Assembly (NCBI GenBank): GCA_965656375.1
Contig: CBFHKH010000001.1
Span: forward strand, 708,291-772,290
Direction: 5' to 3'
Length of the DNA: 64,000 nucleotides
Origin: Minisyncoccia bacterium
GTDB lineage: Bacteria; Patescibacteriota; Minisyncoccia; Phycocordibacterales; UBA9973
The translations under genes were made by a program, and so were the position numbers. Positions 60,009 to 64,000 of this stretch are shown here, one piece after another. Below the pieces are notes generated by a model. That model was not told the origin of the DNA and ran no database searches. It saw only the letters and a program-made list of their open reading frames with translations. How positions within the stretch are numbered: the stretch's first letter is position 1; every line of letters starts with the position of its first letter.

Positions 60009-60739
60009 ATCACGTAAGAAAGACGCATGATGCGCGTCTCTACCTATGGGGTAGGAAAACCAGCCTCACCAAAAATGAATGGTTTATCCACATTCCCCTA
60101 TATATTTGTTGCATATTTCTCTGTGCATAGTATATAATGTATTGGCATATTAGCCTGGTGTATTTTCACCGGATATGCTAGTATGTAACATCTCTTTCGA
60201 TGTGTGAGAAATCATATATCAAAGGGAGCGATCATTGAAAACATAATACTATTACGTTCTAATACCAAGAGGGTAATAGCCGTAGCAGTTAGTTTGGAAG
60301 ATATAGTATTTATACTGTACGTCTTCTCTCTAATTTGCTACTCGTTAGTTTCACTGGTCGCACATCCGCTTTATGTTTTTCTTTTGATAGAGGAGAATAC
60401 AAAAGTGTGATATCGGCCCTGTCGACAAGGCAGATATGTTTTGTCTCGAGCGTTATGCTCTAGGCACATTCATTAGTTTACGTTATCTGAATTATTTTTT
60501 ATTTCTTTTTTTACATCTGCCCGCTTCAATTTTTTGATAGAGAAGTTTGTAGAGGGAAGAGACAAGATATAGAGTAGAGGATTATTCAGAAGTAAAAACG
60601 TTTCCAATAGTCGCAAGATTGTTGGAGACAAATATATACACACATATTAATTTTTTTCTGGAGTACACATTTATTCAATTATTAGTAGTATTCTAGGATT
60701 AGTCGAAATTAATCTAAACGTGTATACGATTATAAAATT

Positions 60740-62785
60740 ATGTTAAAAAAATCAAACGCTTTTAAGTTTTTGATCGGAACATTCGCTTTTGCTTTGATGC
60801 TCGCAGTAGCATCTGTAGCTTCAGCTGCATGGGATTTCGGTCCAACAACATTGAAAGTTGGTAGTAAAGGAGAGTACGTCAAGAATGTTCAGACAGTAGT
60901 CGGAGCAAACGTTGACGGTGCTTTCGGTCCTATGACCAAAGCTCATGTTGTAGCATGGCAGGCAGCTCACGGCTTAACAGCTGACGGTGTTGTCGGTCCT
61001 ATGACTAAGGCTGCAATGAATGCTAGTGTTACTACAAATTACCCAGCAGGTTGCGTATCAAACACTGGTTACAGTTCAACAACTGGTATGCCATGTAATG
61101 GTTCTGGTACTACATTGCCAGCAGGTTGTGCTACAGCAGCAGGTTTCAGTGTTACAACTGGCCAGCCATGTACAGCAACTACTGTTAATACAGGTACAAA
61201 TGGTTACCTAGCTGACCTTTCTCTTGATTCAACAAACCGTGTTTCAACAGTTTATGAATCTGAGACAGATAAGGTTGTCGCTGGTTTCCGTGCAACAGCT
61301 CGCTTGGCTTCACAGAACGTTAACCGCGTACGTGTTACATTTTTGAACACAAACGCAGCTAACTCATCTGCGAATCTTTCAAAGTACATCAGCTCAGCTT
61401 CTCTATGGTACGGCTCTACAAAGCTAGCTACTATGGCAATCAGCCAGGCTGACCGTGCTACTTCAAGTGATCTATACACATTCAACTTCTCTGGTATTAA
61501 CGCAAACATCCCACAGGATCAGGTTGGTCGTTTCTCAGTATCTGTGAACACAAATGGTTCAATCGATACTAACGACACTGATGCTACATGGACAGTTAGC
61601 TTCACAGCTGGCGGTGTACAGGCAGTTTCTCCAGATGGTTCAGTTGACACATACCCAGCAAACGCTCTTAGCCAAGCAGGTGTTATGTTCAACAAGTTCT
61701 CTTCAAGTGGCGTAAAGGCTACAGTTAGTCTTGCTCCATCAAATCCAAGTGCTACAACTATTTCTGTTAACTCAACAACAAGTCCTAAGAACGACGTTGC
61801 ATTGTTGAAGTTCACAATTAAAGCTGAGAACTCTGATTTGACACTACGAAGAATTCCAGTTCAGATCACTTCAACAACAGCTAACGTTTCTAGTGTTATA
61901 AGCACAGTTAAGCTTATGAGAGATGGAAACCTTCTTGATTCAGCTGATTCAGCAAGTGCAGCTACAAGCTCATCTACTGGTGCTTACGGAATCACAGGTA
62001 CATCTGTAAACTCTACAGGTACAACTTGTGCATCTACAGCTTGTGGATACGTATTTGCTAACCTTTCAACTCCAGGTAACACAATCGCTGCTGGTACAAC
62101 AGCAGAATTCACTGTTGCTGTTGATATAAAGGGTCAGAGTGGTCCTAACTACGCTGATGGTGAAACATTGACAGCTAAGATCACTAATGCTGATATCTTG
62201 TCAGCTACATACGGTAACTTCTCAGTTCAGGATGTAAATGGTGATCAGCTTACAATCAACTCATCTTCAGTACGTGTTGGTTCAGCTGTAGGTAACACTC
62301 AGACACTACGCGCAAATGGCGTAAATGTTGCTATGGGTACACCTTCATACAGCTACACAACAGCTACTAGTGGTGATATCAACTCAGTTACATATACTAT
62401 TCCAGTATCAGTTACTGCATTTGGTAACACACTATACCTAGGTCAGACAGTTGAGGAAGCTGCAACAGCAAGTGCATCTAATGCATTTGCATTCCAGTTC
62501 CAGCGTTCTGATACAGGTACTCTAGTTGCTGCTACATCTGCTACTTCAAGCTTTGCAACATCAGATGCAACTCTTGAAACTAACGGATACCGTCTTGATA
62601 GTGGTGTAACTAAGCACTTCACAGTTACTGTGACTCTTATTACTCCATCAGCAGCAGACAAGTACTACCGTGTTGTTCTTAAGCAAGTTAAGACTTTCAC
62701 AGAAGGTCTCTTGGTTACAGGTACAGCGGCTAACTTGCTCCCTGTTGAGCAGTTCCAGACTGACTACAAGTTCATCAACAACTAA
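60740..62785 (+). CDS. Major surface (S-layer-like) protein with peptidoglycan-binding domain
   Basis: Signal peptide; TLKVGSKG..VKNVQ...DGAFGPMT...ADGVVGPMT; T/S/A-rich; strongly biased codons. Confidence 0.8.
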   Translation: MLKKSNAFKFLIGTFAFALMLAVASVASAAWDFGPTTLKVGSKGEYVKNVQTVVGANVDGAFGPMTKAHVVAWQAAHGLTADGVVGPMTKAAMNASVTTNYPAGCVSNTGYSSTTGMPCNGSGTTLPAGCATAAGFSVTTGQPCTATTVNTGTNGYLADLSLDSTNRVSTVYESETDKVVAGFRATARLASQNVNRVRVTFLNTNAANSSANLSKYISSASLWYGSTKLATMAISQADRATSSDLYTFNFSGINANIPQDQVGRFSVSVNTNGSIDTNDTDATWTVSFTAGGVQAVSPDGSVDTYPANALSQAGVMFNKFSSSGVKATVSLAPSNPSATTISVNSTTSPKNDVALLKFTIKAENSDLTLRRIPVQITSTTANVSSVISTVKLMRDGNLLDSADSASAATSSSTGAYGITGTSVNSTGTTCASTACGYVFANLSTPGNTIAAGTTAEFTVAVDIKGQSGPNYADGETLTAKITNADILSATYGNFSVQDVNGDQLTINSSSVRVGSAVGNTQTLRANGVNVAMGTPSYSYTTATSGDINSVTYTIPVSVTAFGNTLYLGQTVEEAATASASNAFAFQFQRSDTGTLVAATSATSSFATSDATLETNGYRLDSGVTKHFTVTVTLITPSAADKYYRVVLKQVKTFTEGLLVTGTAANLLPVEQFQTDYKFINN

Positions 62786-62832
62786 TAGCTTTGCTCTTAG
62801 TAAATTGATTGGATCTTGGATCTAGTCTAACT

Positions 62833-62863
62833 CAAAAAACCACCCCATTGGGGTGGTTTTTTG
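62833..62863 (+). terminator. Terminator
   Basis: CAAAAAACCACCCC-att-GGGGTGGTTTTTTG. Confidence 0.85.
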
Positions 62864-62891
62864 TTACATGTTTTTAGGATATACTATCAAT

Positions 62892-64000
62892 ATGAATAAT
62901 TTCAGAATGACCCTACTTAAGAAAGGTACTTATTTGCTTGTTCTTATTTTGCCAGTCCTATATCTCGGCAGTAATATTCTCTATCCGCATATCACTCCTA
63001 AAACATTCTTTTTTTATGGAATAATAGAAATACTGACTGCAGTTTGGATCTATAACAGTATAATTAAGCGCAATCTTAGAATATCGAAGAATTTACTCTT
63101 ATGTCTCATTCCACTTTCTCTTTATATTATCTGGATGACGCTAGCAACAATATTTGCTGTTAATCCTGAGCTTGCTTTTTGGTCATCGTTCGCGCGTGGG
63201 ACTGGATTGCTCACGATATATCATAGTTTTCTATTTCTTTGTGTTGTTGTTTGTATCATTAAAAATGATGGAATAGGGTATATAAATAAATTATTACAGT
63301 GGTTTATCGCTGGAGGATTTCTCCTTGCGCTATCTATTTGGTTTGGAAGTACTGGATTTAATATACCACTTCATTCACTACAAACAGATACAGGTGGGGG
63401 ACTTTCGGGTAATTCATCGTTGGCCGGCGGTTATCTACTTATTGTTCTTGCCTTCGGAGCTTTTCTTTTGGTAAGTAAATTGTCAAAAAAGAATAAATGG
63501 TGGATTGGTATTGCAATGGCACTCATCTTGTTCTCACCTCTATTTATTAATATTTACGGATTCTTTGTTCATAAAAGTATAGTTGGTACTGCTCGAGGAG
63601 CACTGCTCGGTATTTTTGTAAGTATTGGTATTGCATTTATAATGTGGCTACTCCTTGCAGGTAAAAAATTACTTCGCATGATTGGAATTGGTCTTACTGT
63701 AACCTCTGTTTTTGCATTCGCTCTTCTCTGGACTCAATTAATGACACCTGGAACTGTTATTCACCAAAAGTTTACAGAAGCTGCAAGTGGTACTCGATTT
63801 ATTTTCTGGAGTGAAGCACAGAAGGCGATGGATGATCGCCCATGGTTTGGCTTCGGACCTGATAATTATATGATAGCTTTTGAACAATATTTTGATCCGG
63901 AAATGCTTCTACCGAAATATAATTACGAAGGTTGGAATGACCGAGCCCATAATGTTTATTATGATACAGGGGTTGCGGGAGGCTATCCTGCAATTGCTTT
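62892..64000 (+). CDS. O-antigen ligase / Wzy_C family protein, truncated by the window end
   Basis: Not in the ORF track; manual translation gives multi-TM protein with TARGALLG, RFIFW, RPWFGFGPDNY, DRAHN. Confidence 0.85.
   Translation, partial: MNNFRMTLLKKGTYLLVLILPVLYLGSNILYPHITPKTFFFYGIIEILTAVWIYNSIIKRNLRISKNLLLCLIPLSLYIIWMTLATIFAVNPELAFWSSFARGTGLLTIYHSFLFLCVVVCIIKNDGIGYINKLLQWFIAGGFLLALSIWFGSTGFNIPLHSLQTDTGGGLSGNSSLAGGYLLIVLAFGAFLLVSKLSKKNKWWIGIAMALILFSPLFINIYGFFVHKSIVGTARGALLGIFVSIGIAFIMWLLLAGKKLLRMIGIGLTVTSVFAFALLWTQLMTPGTVIHQKFTEAASGTRFIFWSEAQKAMDDRPWFGFGPDNYMIAFEQYFDPEMLLPKYNYEGWNDRAHNVYYDTGVAGGYPAIA

Noticed and set aside
60010-60739. RNase P RNA, tmRNA or the 68-aa ORF 60204-60410
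   Set aside because: No GAGGAAAGTCC or tRNA-like ends seen; the ORF has a GTG start, no recognisable motif and overlaps the paired regions.
1-64000. CRISPR array, rRNA, transposase, integrase or prophage
   Set aside because: No regularly spaced direct repeats with unique spacers, no rRNA-like stretch and no such protein motifs seen.
1-64000. Alternative genetic code (UGA = Gly)
   Set aside because: Conserved genes translate full length in code 11 with no internal TGA breaks.

Overview
Chromosomal window of a small-genome bacterium read in standard code 11. Gene content points to Patescibacteria/CPR, probably Parcubacteria (inference from the Cys-rich paralogue family, type IV pilus cluster, split ComEC and rplK without rplA). 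It carries four tRNAs (Val, Arg, Leu, His), translation genes (rplS, rpmB, rpsL-rpsG-fusA, secE-nusG-rplK, efp), a class Ic-type nrdAB, tpiA-pgk-recJ-rnhA, recA, ftsK, transporters, disulphide-bond enzymes and several surface proteins. I saw no rRNA, CRISPR array, transposase, integrase or reverse transcriptase. The most unusual signals are non-coding: (1) three copies of a ~135-nt structured element with a gap-free, covarying 92-nt core inside locus-specific inverted repeats; (2) a mirrored tRNA-His 3' end built into a multibranch element; (3) five-unit heptamer arrays ending CTAAAAGCTA just before the start codons of nrdB, fusA and rplK; (4) a helical-bundle plus winged-helix gene beside ftsK that is dense in AAA(G/A)GACA sites; (5) a GAAC-N4-GTTC operator inside the recA promoter. 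All calls are by eye; no searches were run.
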